Origin: Felis catus
Lineage: Eukaryota
Assembly (NCBI RefSeq): GCF_018350175.1
Contig: NC_058373.1
Location: 116,004,001 to 116,068,000, forward strand
Length of the DNA: 64,000 nt
Direction of reading: 5' to 3'
Shown one piece after another: positions 27,409 to 40,052 of the stretch. Both the position numbers and the translations under genes were made by a program. Within the stretch, counting starts at the first letter, position 1. Every line of letters starts with the position of its first letter. The notes below the pieces were generated by a model. It was not told where the DNA came from, ran no database searches, and was given only the letters and a program-made list of their open reading frames with translations.

Positions 27409-27558
27409 GCAAGAAAGAGAAAGGAAGGGAAGGGAAAGAGAAAGGAAGGAAGGAAGGAAGGAAGGAAGGAAGGAAGGAAGGAAGGAAGAAGGATGGAAAG
27501 GAAGGAGGGAGGGAAGGAGGGAGGGAGGGAGGGAGGGAGGGAGGGAGGAAGGAAGGGA
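27409..27558. repeat. Compound (GGAA)n/(GGGA)n purine microsatellite
   Basis: Directly visible, growing out of the SINE A tail. Confidence 0.95.
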
Positions 27559-28489
27559 TCAGATGTGCTGAGAAAAGCAGGAGCAGAGAACTTTGCAACT
27601 CCAGAGAAGGAGAAAGAGGAAGAGAGAGGTCACGCCGTGGTCTCACAGCGGCTCTTCCATCAGCGCCCAGGTTTTCTGGGACTCTCTCCTGTTCTTCCCA
27701 CTGAGTACTCCATTTTGATGAAGACAAACTGACTGGTTTTCAATTATTTATAGCCAAAGGGACTTGACTCAGAGAAGGTAAATAACTTACTGATGCTACA
27801 TAGCCCCAGAAGGATGCAGCTGGAGCTCCAAAGCCTGCACATCTCTGCCAAACCACCCAGACGTCATCTTCCTCCCAGAGGCAGGCAGGGAAGAGGTAGG
27901 GCACTCCCTACCAGATCACGCTGTGTCCTTGTCCCTCCTTTCACACCCGGTACACTTGCCCATGGAAAACTGAGGTCACAGTATCCTCCAGGGCAGCCTC
28001 CAATGGGAAAAGAAGCAGCTCAGTGATGAGAATGTGCAGGAAGTAGAGAAAGGCAGCACCATTTTGGTGGGTAGGGATGCGGCATCGTGGCTGAGTTTAT
28101 GTTTTTGCCAAGCCTCAGGTCTTTGAGGGAGCAGGTGGAGCCATGTCCTTCCCTCCACGAGCACCAGCAAAACCAATGGCTGGGGCGAGGAGGGAAGAGG
28201 CCAGGAAGGGGTATGGGGACAGCGTAGCCTCTGGAGCGGGAACTTTGTCCATGAGGCCTCCAGGCCCAAATCCCTCATCGAGGGACTGCATTTAGACTGG
28301 CCCCAAATATGCAATCAAGCCAGGTGAGGCCCAAAGAAAAGTGGGCCAAAAGCTTCTCTGGGTGGATCCATTAGCGGTAGCTGCTCCCCTTGGTGCCACT
28401 TGAAGTCTGCAGCTCCTGGAGCTCTGTTTATTGACTCTTTATTTCTCTAATTTGTCAAGTACTGTCTGCAAGCTCGAGCTCGCCTCCTA

Positions 28490-28730
28490 ACTGCTCAGCT
28501 TCTGTCCTGCCTCGCAGGCTTCACCAATTCGATTAGCATTCTCTGCACTCCATCGTTTGAGTCGTTAATGAAAACACTGATGAATCCTGGGCCCGAGTCA
28601 GACTCTGGGAGGCCTCTCCTCACGGCAGTGTCTTCTCGCCTGGCCAACAACCTGGCTGGGAGGCCCCCTCTCTTCAGACAGCCTTTGCCCGCTGTTCCAG
28701 AGCTCGTGTCCCCAGTTTTCATGCACTCGT
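28490..28730 (-). mobile_element. CR1/L3 LINE reverse-transcriptase relic
   Basis: Minus ORF GLPESDSGPGFISVFINDSNDGVQRMLIE resembles the CR1 RT motif GVPQGSVLGPVLFNIFINDLDDG. Confidence 0.6.
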
Positions 28731-29547
28731 CTGTTCGATCACCCCCTCGCTAATTGTGCTGGGGCTAGAGACTTAGCACAATTCCTGGCAAATGCAAATC
28801 CGTGGAAAATGCTTAACAAATGCCATCTATTTCTTCCGGGAGGCGCCCCGGAGAAACAAAGACGCGCGGACAGACCCAGCCCCCCACGACAGGAATGGGA
28901 ATGAGAATAACAGCTGCCACTTTGGACACATTTGCCAGGGCTGAGCTAAGAATTATCCAGATATTATCCAGCCTGCGCTGCGCAGCGTCCACCCTTGGGA
29001 GGCAGTTGTTGGTAATAACGAAGAGTAAGGATCCTGAGGTCAAAGACTTTATTCTGGCTCTTCCGTCTACTGGCTTAAACCTTCTTCGCTTTAGATTCTC
29101 CCTCTGTAAACGTATCTCATGGGGTTGTTGTAAGGGTTTACATTATTAGATAAGATGATACAAAAAAGGTGCTGGGAGCACTGCCCGGCACATCATAAGC
29201 ATTCAGTAAATGCTAGCTATAGTCACAGCATTGCATTGTTTCACGCAATACAACTACCTGATATGAAGTTCTAAAATCTGTGTTTCGCCAACATGAAAGC
29301 TGAGAACTGGAGAGGCAAAGCCATTTCCCCGAAGTCCTACCTCCAGTAACAGAAGGGGTCCAAGCCCAAGTCCAGTTGGTGTCAAATCCCACTTACTTTA
29401 TTATCACAACCTAGAAAGGAAGAAGACGTGCATAAATGACTATCTTGCAAGATAGAAAGGCAAATGCTGATGTGAAGCACAGCATATTTTTGTGACGCAC
29501 AGTAGATTCTCAATAAATGCTACCAGATGAGGAGGAGGAGGATGAAA

Positions 29548-29567
29548 ATTTTTTTTAAATGTTTATT

Positions 29568-29607
<40 letters not shown>

Positions 29608-29775
29608 TGTGCGTGTATAAGCGGAGAAGGGGCAGAGAGAGAGGGGGACAGAGGATCCAAAGTGGGCTCTGGGCTGACAGCAGAGAGCCCGATGCGGGGC
29701 TCAAGCTCGGGAACCACGAGATCATGACCTGAGCCGAAGCTGGACGCTTAACCGCCTGAGCCACCCAGGCGCTCC
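29548..29775 (-). mobile_element. Can-SINE with expanded (GA)n
   Basis: TSD AGGAGGATGAAA. Confidence 0.93.
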
Positions 29776-30454
29776 AAGGAGGATGAAATATTAAGTGCCA
29801 TCCTGAAGTTTCAGAAGAAGTTGCACAACTGAAACTTATCCACTAAACACTAATTACCCTCTCTCCCTCCCCTCAGCCCCTGGCAACCACCTTCCTGCCA
29901 CCTTACAGGGTGTTTTAGGGTGACAGAGGGGAAGAGAAATCGTTTCTGAACATGGGAATAGTTGGAGCCTTCCATGACGACGGTGCCATTCGAGCAGCCT
30001 CAGCAGATGGGTGCAAGTTGAGAAAAGAGAAAAAGGTTCCCTATGTCAAGGAAAGTCGAAGAGCAAAGTCATGAAGATGGGGATATTCAGGTTGTGTTTA
30101 GGAAAAAAATAGCATTAAGTTACATTGAGATGGTGTGTGGCATATAAGAGGAAGTACTTGGGAATGAACTAGAAAGGAAGGAGACACGTGGGCTTTGACA
30201 AATGAGGCCTCGACCAAAAAAACCGACCCAAGCAGAGAGACTTCTCACACTCTGAGAGTCTCCTGAAACTCACACTAGGAAAAGAACCATAGGAAGGATT
30301 TGGGGATGTGGAATGGGATTTCTTTAATATCCAGGCATGAGTAACTTCCAGAACTCCTGCACAATAGGGCCCATGTTTGAGATAGAGGTGAGGCCGGGCT
30401 GACATTCAGCCAACGCAAGTGCATGAATACAGGTTGTTAAAATATTAAAGTGTT

Positions 30455-30993
30455 TTGAACCTTGAGGACATTGTGCTGAGTGAAATAAGCCAGTCACAAA
30501 AGGACAAATACTGGATGATTCCACTCCTATAAAGCATCTAAAGTAATCAAAATCATACAAGTAGAAAGCAGAAAGGTGGTTGCCAAGGGCTGAGGGGAGG
30601 GTAAGAAGGGAATTAGTGTTTAGTGGGAATAGAGTCTCAGTTTTGCAAGATGAGCAAGTTCTAGAGATCTGTTACACGACAGTGTGAATAAACTTAACAC
30701 TACTGAACTGTGCTCTTTTTTTAAAATTTATTTTTAATGTCTATTTATTTTTGAGAGAGACAGAGTCAGAGCGTAAGCGGGGGAGGGGCAGAGAGAGGGA
30801 GACACCGAATCCGAAGCAGGCTCCAGGCTCCAAGCTACCAGCACAGAGCCTGACGCGGGGCTCAGACTCGCAAACCACAAGATCATGACCTGAGCCAAAG
30901 TCGAACGCTTCACCAACTGAGACACCCAGGCACCCCTGAACTGTACTCTTAAAAAAGGTTAAGATGGTAAATTTAGTGTTACATGTTTTTCAT

Positions 30994-31024
<31 letters not shown>
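30455..31024 (+). mobile_element. L1M 3' end, interrupted by a Can-SINE
   Basis: AACCTTGAGGACATTGTGCTGAGTGAAATAAGCCAGTCACAAAAGGACAAATACT...GTTCTAGAGATCTG...GGTTAAGATGGTAAAT, then poly-A. Confidence 0.85.
30716..30936 (-). mobile_element. Can-SINE inside L1M
   Basis: TSD TGAACTGT(G/A)CTCTT. Confidence 0.93.
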
Positions 31025-32403
31025 GAATATCACCACCCCCCCCACCCCCCAATATAATAAAGGGCTTTCCTTCCAGCTGGTAAGTGGCACTGCTCTGAGC
31101 CACTCAAGGCTCCTTTCCCTGGACCCCTGAACCTCCCTGACATGCTATAAAAGGACTAATGTCTGGCACTCTTGAAAATCACCCCTGGGGCTGGGGGACT
31201 TGGCTCGAAGATGCTCTTGCACAACATTTTTCTTTAGATGGAAAAACACAACAAAATTGTATCAGTGAATGGGGGCGGGGGTGGTGGTAGGCAGGGCGGT
31301 TGTTGGAGAGTGTTGAAAAGCCAGCCGACCTGACCATTGGACACTGGCCTAAGATATTCCTCAGGGCAAGGTCCCTGCAGAAGAGAGTAAGCATTGCCTG
31401 GAACTCTCTTCCTGCTGAGTCATGGGGCAGCAGCCCTGCCCGGCCACGCGGCTGTGTGTGATTTGGGAGTCTGGAGGTACTGACCCTATAAGAGCCCCTT
31501 CCTGAGTTCAGGGAGACCACAGGGGACCGCATCGGGACATAGGACACTGCCACCACACAGGCACACACATGTCCGTTGGCCTTGCGGGCTCCCAGTTTTC
31601 CTGTGGCTCCCAGCATCGGATATCCCTGATCCCTCCATGAGTTTGGCAATGCCGTGGAAGGTGCCAGAAAAAACAATTCTAAAGAGTTGCCTCTTGGCAG
31701 CTTTGGCTCAGTCATTTCTCTTCCTAATGAACCAACGGATGCTTAACTGACTGAGCCACCCAGGCGCCCCTGATATTTTTTCTTTAATAAAAGTCAGGGC
31801 CTGCCCCATAGACAACCTTAACTCATTCACCCTCAGGGGTGGCTGCTATCAGAAGCTTTTAACAAGGGGCCTCTCCCAGGAGAGAAAGGAGAGACCACGA
31901 ATGGCACCGAGGACTGAAACAAGGGAGAAAGGGCACAGGAAATGGAGCGAGGGGCTCTTTACTGGCCATCAGCCCTCAACCTTCCCCATGCAGTGGGTCC
32001 CGCCTACTTGTCCCCAGAGAGATCCTAGGGAAACATTTCCCTTTGAGCCATTCGAGTCTCCCTGCTGCAGTGGCACATGCTCCCTGTTCTGACCACTGCT
32101 GGCCTGATGCTTACCCCCGAGTCCAGTGACTGTTAGCATGATGTAATCCCACCATTTTCCATTCCCTCCCTCCTCTCCTCTTCTCCATAAGGCCTGCCAA
32201 GTCTCAAGCCCACTGTGCTGACAGGGGATGTGGCTCAGCCCATCCTGGGCATCACCAGTGTTGGCCTGGCCATTCCAGTAAGCCTGGTCACCCCATGATG
32301 GCCCTGGATTCAGCTTGTCATGGCTGGAAGGGGGACTGACCTATACATACAGCTTTTACTGAGCTATAGGTCATCAATCTATATTTGTGAAGGGAACACC
32401 TAA

Positions 32404-32606
32404 TTTTTAAAAAAATATTTATTTTTGAGAGAGACAGGGAGAGAGAGAGAGCGCACATGTGAGGGGAGGAGGGGCAGAAAGAGAGGGAGAGAGAGAATCC
32501 CAAGCAGGCTCCACACTGTCAGCAGAGCCTGATGTGGGGCTCGAACTCAGAAACCTCAAGATCACGACCTGAGCCGAAGAACTGACTGCGCCACCTCGGC
32601 ATCCCC
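32404..32606 (-). mobile_element. Can-SINE
   Basis: GAGAATCCCAAGCAGGCTCCAC...ATCACGACCTGAGCCGAA. Confidence 0.9.
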
Positions 32607-34387
32607 AAAGCATCTGATTTTTATAGAACTTCTCAGGTGCCAGGCGCCGTCCAAAGTGTTTACACACATCGCTTATTGAACCCTCACAACGGCTCGAAGT
32701 CAGTGCTACCGTTATCCCTGACTTCTGGACTGAAGAAACGGGAAAGAAATGGGAACGTAAAGGTTTGGTCACATACCCTGCATGTGGGGAACAGAACCTG
32801 AGTTCCAGCCCACATGTCCAACTGCGGGGTGGACGCACGATCAAAACCGCCATGCCATGAGGCCATCAATGGTATGGACAACCGACATCCAGTCCTTTCC
32901 TCAGAGGGTCACGCAGTGACGTGATGGGTGGGTAGGAGGAGAGGTGATTGGGGCCGAAGGCCACAGAAGAAAGGGGCTTCCCTCTCCCTGTTTTCTGACC
33001 TGGTGCTCCTGGAAGAAGGTACTGTGTGGGGTGGGAGCAAGAAGGAGAGGAAACCCAGGAAGCGGAAGGCGAGTGAGCAGAGGGGGCCTAAGGGCGAGGG
33101 ATGTACGCAGGCTGAACCAAGGGTAGTCCCACAGAAGCATGATGGGAGCGGGGGCTGGGGGACTGGCATCCCCCTAGGTGCTGACCCCTCTGGACGATGC
33201 CTGATTCAGGGCCAGCCCGTGCAGCCTCTGTCTTTAGCTGTAAGGTGTGACAGCATTGTTTGTCACGGCAGCCTTCTCATTGACCAAGTTTTTCCAAAGG
33301 CATGAGATGTCAGTGGCCTCTCCCTAGGGCTCCCCAAGTGCTGGGGAAGAAAGGGCCAGGGAAGCAGACCCAGAGGCCAAACACTAAAGCTTCTGCCAGC
33401 AGGGCTCAGGGCATGCCAGGCGATGCCATGACAGGCACGGGCCACGGGTGAGGTAAAGGAGGAAGATCACCCAGGTCCCTCAGAAGATCTCGTCAGCAGG
33501 CCAGTTGTTTTTGGAAACCACTCCAGAAAAAAAACAGCAAAAATGAGACAAAGGATTTCCTTCCTCCTCTGGCATGTCAGAAATTCCCTCGGGGCATCTT
33601 TCAGGAGCCATGTGTCTGTCCTTACAACAATCCTAGACAGTGGCCAAAGTTTGTAATCCTCCCTGCGAACAGGAAATGGTGAAGGAAGCAAGACTGAAAA
33701 GACATGTCAGAATCTGTTGCTGTCACTGCGGGAGCTTGCCGGTTCTTGTCAAGGGGAGAAGCTGAGGAAATACAGATCTTTCCGCATTGCACTGGATAGG
33801 GGGAGCTTAGACCCACGGCTTAGAACTGGGCTTCAGAGGAAAACAGAGTACACCCGTAGAGAAAGGGGTTAGTAGGAAGGAAGGTGGAGAGAAGCAGAGG
33901 CAGACGGGGGAGGAGACTGCAGGGAAAAGAGAGAAGAGGGTGAGATGGGTAAGGAAGCAGGAGGCGGGGAGGGGAGGGTGTGGGGAGAGGGAAAGAGATG
34001 GGGAGAAATGGAATCATCCGTTGACTAGTCTGTCTTCACTTCTCCCTGACTCTTCCATTCTCTAGATACTCCCGGTCAACAAGTTCTTGCCCTGACACTT
34101 CAATTCTCTTCCCTTTGTTGGCCACCCCCCCACCCCCATCCCAGCCCCTCAAGCCCTCCCTCTCATCTGGACCATGTCAGTGGTGTCCATTAGTCTCTTA
34201 GCTTCAGTTTCTCCCATCTCAGGTGTTCTCAGTTTTTCCAACTCCTCTTTTTACCACTCTAGGTTTACATCCCCAAAACAATGTTTTCATGACATGCTTC
34301 ATAAACCCCTCTTCAACCTCGCCTCCCCTCCCCGCCTCCCCAGTTTGGTGAAATGGAAGGAATGTGAGCCTTTTGTAGAATAGACCT

Positions 34388-34600
34388 CAGGGGTTCTCAA
34401 CCTCAGCACTATCAACATTTGAGGCAGATAATTCTTTCTTTGGAGGGGGAGGACCTGTCCTGTGCGTTGTTGGATATTTAGCGGCATTCCTGCTACCCGG
34501 TATCACATCCCTACCCGCCCTCCTCCACCACTTGTGACAAACATTTCTGCAGCCAAGTGTCTCCTGAGGGACAAAATTGCCTCTGGTTAAGAACCACTGA
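34388..34600 (-). mobile_element. MER20-like hAT relic
   Basis: CAGGGGTTCTCAACCTCAGCACTAT...AAAATTGCCTCTGGTTAAGAACCACTG termini. Confidence 0.75.
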
Positions 34601-34702
34601 CCCAGATTCAAATCCTGACTCTGTCACTTACTATGTTCCCTTGGGTCAGTGATGTAGCTTCTCTGAAACTTAATTTCCTTGACATTTAAGAGAGGGCTAA
34701 TA

Positions 34703-34905
34703 GGGGCGCCTGGGTGGCTCAGTCGGTTAAACGTCTGACTTTGGCTCAGGTCATGATCTCACAGTTTGTGGGTTTGAGCCTCGCGTCGGGCTCTGTGCTG
34801 TCGGTTCAGAGCCTGGAGCCTGCTTTGGATTCTGTGTCTCCTTCTCTCTACACCCCGCCCCACTCACACTCTGTCTCTCAAAAAATAAATAAACGTTAAA
34901 AAAAA
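34703..34905 (+). mobile_element. Can-SINE
   Basis: Full head and tail. Confidence 0.93.
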
Positions 34906-35824
34906 TGTAAGAGAAGGCCAATAATACTACCTTAAAGAGCCGTTATAAGAATCAGAACATAATTCCAACACAGAACATATACTTAACACAATACCTAGTG
35001 CATGAAAAGCACTCAGCAAATATTTGCTCCTTTCCCTAATCTCTATTTTTGCATCCAAAGGACTTTGGTAATTATCATTACATATGGTACAAACCGGAGG
35101 TGCCACCACCATTTAGCACTATCTTGTATGCATTAGTTAGATTATCTGTTTGTCAGTATAAGGGATAAAATAACAGTGGGTTAAACAAGATGGGAACATC
35201 TCCCAAATAACAGGCCAAATAAAAGTGGCCCAGTGTTGAGGCAGTGGCCATGTGTTGTCGATGTCCAGGAGAGAAGGAAAGAAGGGTGACAGGGGAGACA
35301 TGCCTCTTTCCTTACATGGGAACAACTGAAAGTCGTCCACGTCACTTCCACTCACATTCTACTGGCCAGAACCTACCCACACGACCACACCTGGAGAGTG
35401 AAGGAAACATCTTTGGGCAGGTGGCCAAGTGGTCAGCTGAACCTATTATTCCCCTGGATGAGAGAACAGACATCAGAACATACAGGAGTGCTGGTCTTTG
35501 CATGCCACTCCATCTTCCATAATTCCGCTCAAGTCACCCTGCCAATCCTGATCTTTAGCTTTCAAATCTGAGCTCAATCCCACCTCCTCCTCAAGACCTT
35601 TCCTGATTGCCTCCAGCCCAGAGCAACGTGCTTGCTTCTTCAACCTCATACAGTATTTATTAACAATCGAATTGCCCAAGCCGGAGGGTTATACAGGCTA
35701 GAATGGCCAGTCACTAATCTACGTGCTTCTTTTTTTTTCCTAAAAAAAAATTGCTAACTTCCTTGAGGGCCCTAGCCCATGTTGTTTGCTTTTTCAAATG
35801 CCTACCTAAAACATAATGTAGCCC

Positions 35825-36426
35825 TACATTAGTTGCTAGGGATGCCATAAAGAAGAACCACAGAGTGGGTGGCTTACACACAAGAAATCTATTTTCTTAT
35901 AATTCTGGAGGCTGGAAGTCTGCCAAGAAGGTGTCAGCAGGGTGGATTCCTCTGGAGGCCTCTCTCCTTGGTTTGTAGATGGCTGTCTTCCCCCCATGTC
36001 TTCATATAGTCTGCTCTCTGTGTGTCTCAATCTCCTCTTCCTTTTTTTTTTTAATGTTTATTTATTTCTGAGACAGAGAATAGATGGGGGAGGGGCAAAG
36101 AGAGAGGGAGAGAGAGAGAGCGCGCTAAGCAGTCTCCACACTGTCAGCATGCACCCCAATGTGGGCTCGAACACACGAATGGTGAGATCATCACCTGAGC
36201 CGAAACCAAGAGTCAGACGCTTAACCGACTGAGCCAGCCAGGCGCCCCTCAATCTCCTCTTCTTATAAGGGCACCAGTTATATTGGATTAGAGCCTATAC
36301 TTATGATCTCATTTGAATTTAATTACCCCTTTAAATGCCCCATCTCCAAATACAGTCACATTCTGAGGTACTAGGGGTTAGGACTGTAACGTGTCTTTTG
36401 GGAGGACATGATTCAGTCCACAGCAA
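35825..36426 (-). mobile_element. MLT1-type MaLR LTR, interrupted by a Can-SINE at 36042-36248
   Basis: ATTAGTTGCTAGGG...TTCTGGAGGCTGGAAGTC...CCAAATACAGTCACATTCTGAGGTACTAGGGGTTAGGAC; the SINE has TSD TCAATCTCCTCTTC. Confidence 0.8.
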
Positions 36427-36523
36427 CCACACTGTAGATGCTCAGTAAGTTAACTCCTGTGCCTAGGACCTTTCTGCAGTGTTTGACGATTGCTTTTCCT
36501 CATGTCCCTCTTAGAAGTCAATA

Positions 36524-37415
36524 CAGTTTTCTCCTCTTATCTGTGGTTTCACTTTCTAGGGTTTCAGTTATCTGAGATCAACTGCGGTCCAGACGCGATG
36601 ATCCTCCTTCTGACCTGTCATCAGAAAGTCAGTAGTAGCCTAACACTGTGTCACAATGCCTACTGCCATTCACTTCACTTCATCTCATCACATACACTTC
36701 TTTTTAATTTTTGTTAACGTCCATTCATTTTTTGAGAGACAGAACACTGGCAGGGGAGGGGCAGAGAGAGAGGGAGACACAGAAGCAGGTTCCAGGCTCC
36801 AGGCTGTTAGCACAGAACCTGATGCAGGGCTTGAACCCATGAACCATGAGATCATGACCTGAGCCAAAGTAGGACACTCAACTGAGGGAGCCACCCAGGT
36901 GCCCCATATCACATAGGCTTTTTATCATCTCCCATCATCACAAGAAGAGGAATGAGTATAGCACAAAAAGATATTTTGATAGATCACATTTACATAACTT
37001 TTATTACAGTATATTATTATAATTGTTCTATATTGTTATTGTTGTTAATCTCTTACTGTGCCCAATTTATAAATTACATTTTATCATAGATGTGTGTACA
37101 TAGAAAATATAGTAGGGGCACCTGGGTGGCTTGGTGGGTTAGGTGGCTGACTCTTGATTTTGACTCGGGTCGTGATCTCACAGTTTGTGGGTGTGAGCCC
37201 CGAGTTGGGCTTTGTGCTGATGGCACAGAGCCTGCTTGGGATTCCAACTCTTCCCTTCTCTCTGCCTCTCCCCGACTCAAGCTTGCCCTCTCTCTCTCTC
37301 AAAGTGAATACATAAACTTAAAAAAAATTATATATAGGGTTCAGAACTATCCATGGTTTCAGGCATCCATTGGGTGTCTGGGAGCATATCTATCACAGAT
37401 AAGGGGGAACTTCTG
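36524..37415. mobile_element. MER44/Tigger7-like TcMar transposon carrying two Can-SINEs (36701-36905 minus, 37115-37327 plus)
   Basis: Degenerate terminal inverted repeats CAGTTTTCTCCTCTTATCTGTG / CACAGATAAGGGGGAACTTCTG, each flanked by TA. Confidence 0.75.
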
Positions 37416-37531
37416 TATTCTCTTTGGCTTCTGTGACTGCACTCATTCAGTTCTCCTCCCTTTCAGGCTGCTCCTTCTCCACTCCTTAGTGAGTTCCTCT
37501 ACCTCCACTACCCTTCAAGAAGTCTGTGTTT

Positions 37532-38709
37532 CCCAAAAAACAAATAATCCAGTGACAAAATGGGCAAAAGACATGAATAGACGTTTCTCCAAAGAAGACA
37601 TCCAGATGGCTAAGAGCCATGTGAAAAGATGCTCAACATCACTCATCATCAGGGAAACACAAATCAAAACCACACTGAGATACCACTTCACAACAGTCAG
37701 AGTGGCTAAAATTAACTCAGGAAATAACAGATGTTGGTGAGGATGTGGAAAAGGGGGAACCCTCTTGCACTGTTGGTGGGAATGCAAATTGGTGCAGCCA
37801 CTCTGGAAAAGAGCATGGAAGTTCCTCAACAAATTAAAAATAGGGCGCCTGGGTGGCTCAGTCAGGTAAGCAGCAGACTTCAGCTCAGGTCATGATCTCA
37901 CAGTTTGTGAGTTTAAGTCCCGCATCAGGCTCTGTGCTGACCGCTCAGAGCCTGGAGCCTGCTTCAGATTCTGTGTTTCTCTCTCTCTGCCCCTCCCTTG
38001 CTCACAGTTGCTCTCTGTCTCCCAAAAAATGAATAAAAACATTAAAAAAACTAAAAAAAATTAAAAATAGAATTACCCTATGACCCAGCACTACTAGAAA
38101 TTTATCCAGAGGATACAGGAGTGCTGACCCAAAGGGGCACATACACTCCAATGTTTATAGCAGCACTATCAACAATAGCCAAAATATGTAAGGAACCCAA
38201 ATATCCGTCAACAGATGGATAAAGAAGATGCAGTATATATACACAACAGAATACTACTTAGCGATGAAAAAGAATGAAATCTTGCCATTTCCAACAACAT
38301 GGATGGAACTGGAGGGTTATTATGCTAAGCGAAATAAGTCAGTCAGAGAAAGATATCATGATTTCACTTATATGTGGAATTTGAGAAACTTAACAGATGA
38401 CCATAGGAAAAGGGATGGAAACATAAAATACAAACAGACTGGGAGGCAAACCATAAGAGACTCTTAAATACAGAGAACAAACTGAGGGTTGATGGCGTTA
38501 GGGAATATGGGTGATGGGCATTGAGGAGGGTACTTGTTGGGATGAGCACTGGATGATGTATGTAAGTGATGAAGCATGGGAATCTACTCCTGAAGCCAAG
38601 ACTACACTGTGCGTTAGCTAACTGGACAATAAATTTTTTAAAAATAATAATCTGCTTCAGAATTAATTAATAAACTATAATGCTTAATCTTCTTCATTAA
38701 AGAAAAAAA
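37532..38709 (+). mobile_element. 5'-truncated carnivore L1 (ORF2 end plus 3' UTR), interrupted by a Can-SINE at 37843-38060
   Basis: [23 protein letters not shown]...[19 protein letters not shown] is L1 ORF2 C-terminal; TSD AAGTCTGTGTTT at 37520-37531 and 38710-38721. Confidence 0.92.
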
Positions 38710-39090
38710 AAGTCTGTGTTTGTCAGGATTCTTTTCTCCTCGCTCCAAGCTCTTCCCATGGTGATCTCATGTGCTCCATTGCGGCCATCATCAATTACAT
38801 TCTGGTGGTTCTCAAATCCATAGCTTCCACCAAGACCTCTTCTGGACAATTTATTCAAAGCACCAAGAATTCTTTTTGGACATCCTACTGGGCCATCACC
38901 TCAATGTGCCCCAACTAGACTATCAATCCCCTCCATCTTTTTCATCATGGTACACTTTCCTCCCCTACACACACACACACACATTCTTCCTTCTCTAAAG
39001 ATCTTTATCTCAGTGAACTATGTCACTATATCTCCAGGACTAAACTCTCTCTCCTCTATCCAACCCCCAAATCCCACCAGGATTTCCCTT

Positions 39091-39307
39091 CTTGAGAGCT
39101 TGTTTGGAGGTTCTAGCAGGGGAGCGCAGCTACTCATATACCCTTGACTGAAGAACGGTCCTCCTCTATCAGGGAAGGTCATCCTTTGGGATGCACATGG
39201 AGTGGTGAGGGAAGAAGGGGACACCCGCCTAGCCAGCCAGATCAGCTGAATCAACCCTGGCGATCAATCGGGTGACTGATATTGCAGCCAGATCACCCTC
39301 ACATGCC
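39091..39307 (-). pseudogene. RN7SK: 7SK snRNA retropseudogene, 3'-truncated and internally deleted
   Basis: Reverse complement reads ATGTGAGGGTGATCTGGCTGC...GATCGCCAGGGTTGATTCAGCTGATCTGGCTGGCTAGGCGGGTGTCCCC...GTAGCTGCGCTCCCCTGCTAGAACCTCCAAACAAGCTCTCAAG, the 5' part of 7SK. Flanked by direct repeat CCAGGATTTCCCTTCTT. Confidence 0.93.
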
Positions 39308-40052
39308 AGGATTTCCCTTCTTAATACTTCTTTCCTTCTGCCCTTCTACCAGCTGGCTTTGGGGCACTATAACCTCTCATGTAAACTACAAAAACAACTA
39401 TCTTTCTAATCCCCCTACCTTTAATGCACTCTCATCTCTTCAACCAAAGTGATTTTCTAAGACAGAGACAATGACGTCACCCCCCTGATTAAAACCTTTT
39501 AAGGCCTTAGACAAAATCCCAAATTCCTTCATCTAGCAAAAGGATTCTTCACACTCTGTGCTCTGCTGTATTCAGCTTCACCCGCCACCTGTCCTCCTAT
39601 ACACTATTATGTTACATTGCTTTATTCTATCATGTTACTTACAGTTTCCCAAGGAGTCCTACACTCTCTTTCAGTCTTTGGCTTTCATGCCTGTGTTTCA
39701 CTCTGCCTAGACTCCTTTACTTCCTCCTCTTCTCCTGGCTAATTCTTATTCACATTTCAGGTCTCATTTTAGACATTACTTCCTCTGAGAAGCCTGATCT
39801 GCGTTTGAGGTACAATTCCCCTGCACTTCCTTCCCAGGAACCAATTTCCTCCCCCAACTTACAAACACATTAACACTTTCTCTGGCAGAGATCATTTCCT
39901 ATTTCCTAAACCCTGAACTCCTCTTGTACTTTGTTCATATCTTTACTAAAGCGTTTATCATGCTGTAACCTACTTTTGCACTCCTATCTACCCCCCACCC
40001 TACCCCCACTAGTATGGAAGCTCCTTGAGGACTCAGGACTGTGTCTGATTTC

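Noticed and set aside
33467..33691. Protein-looking 74-aa minus-strand ORF
   Set aside because: No convincing splice sites, no recognisable homology, non-ATG start.
37090..37740. 216-aa ORF
   Set aside because: A chance fusion of SINE, Tigger and L1 ORF2 fragments.
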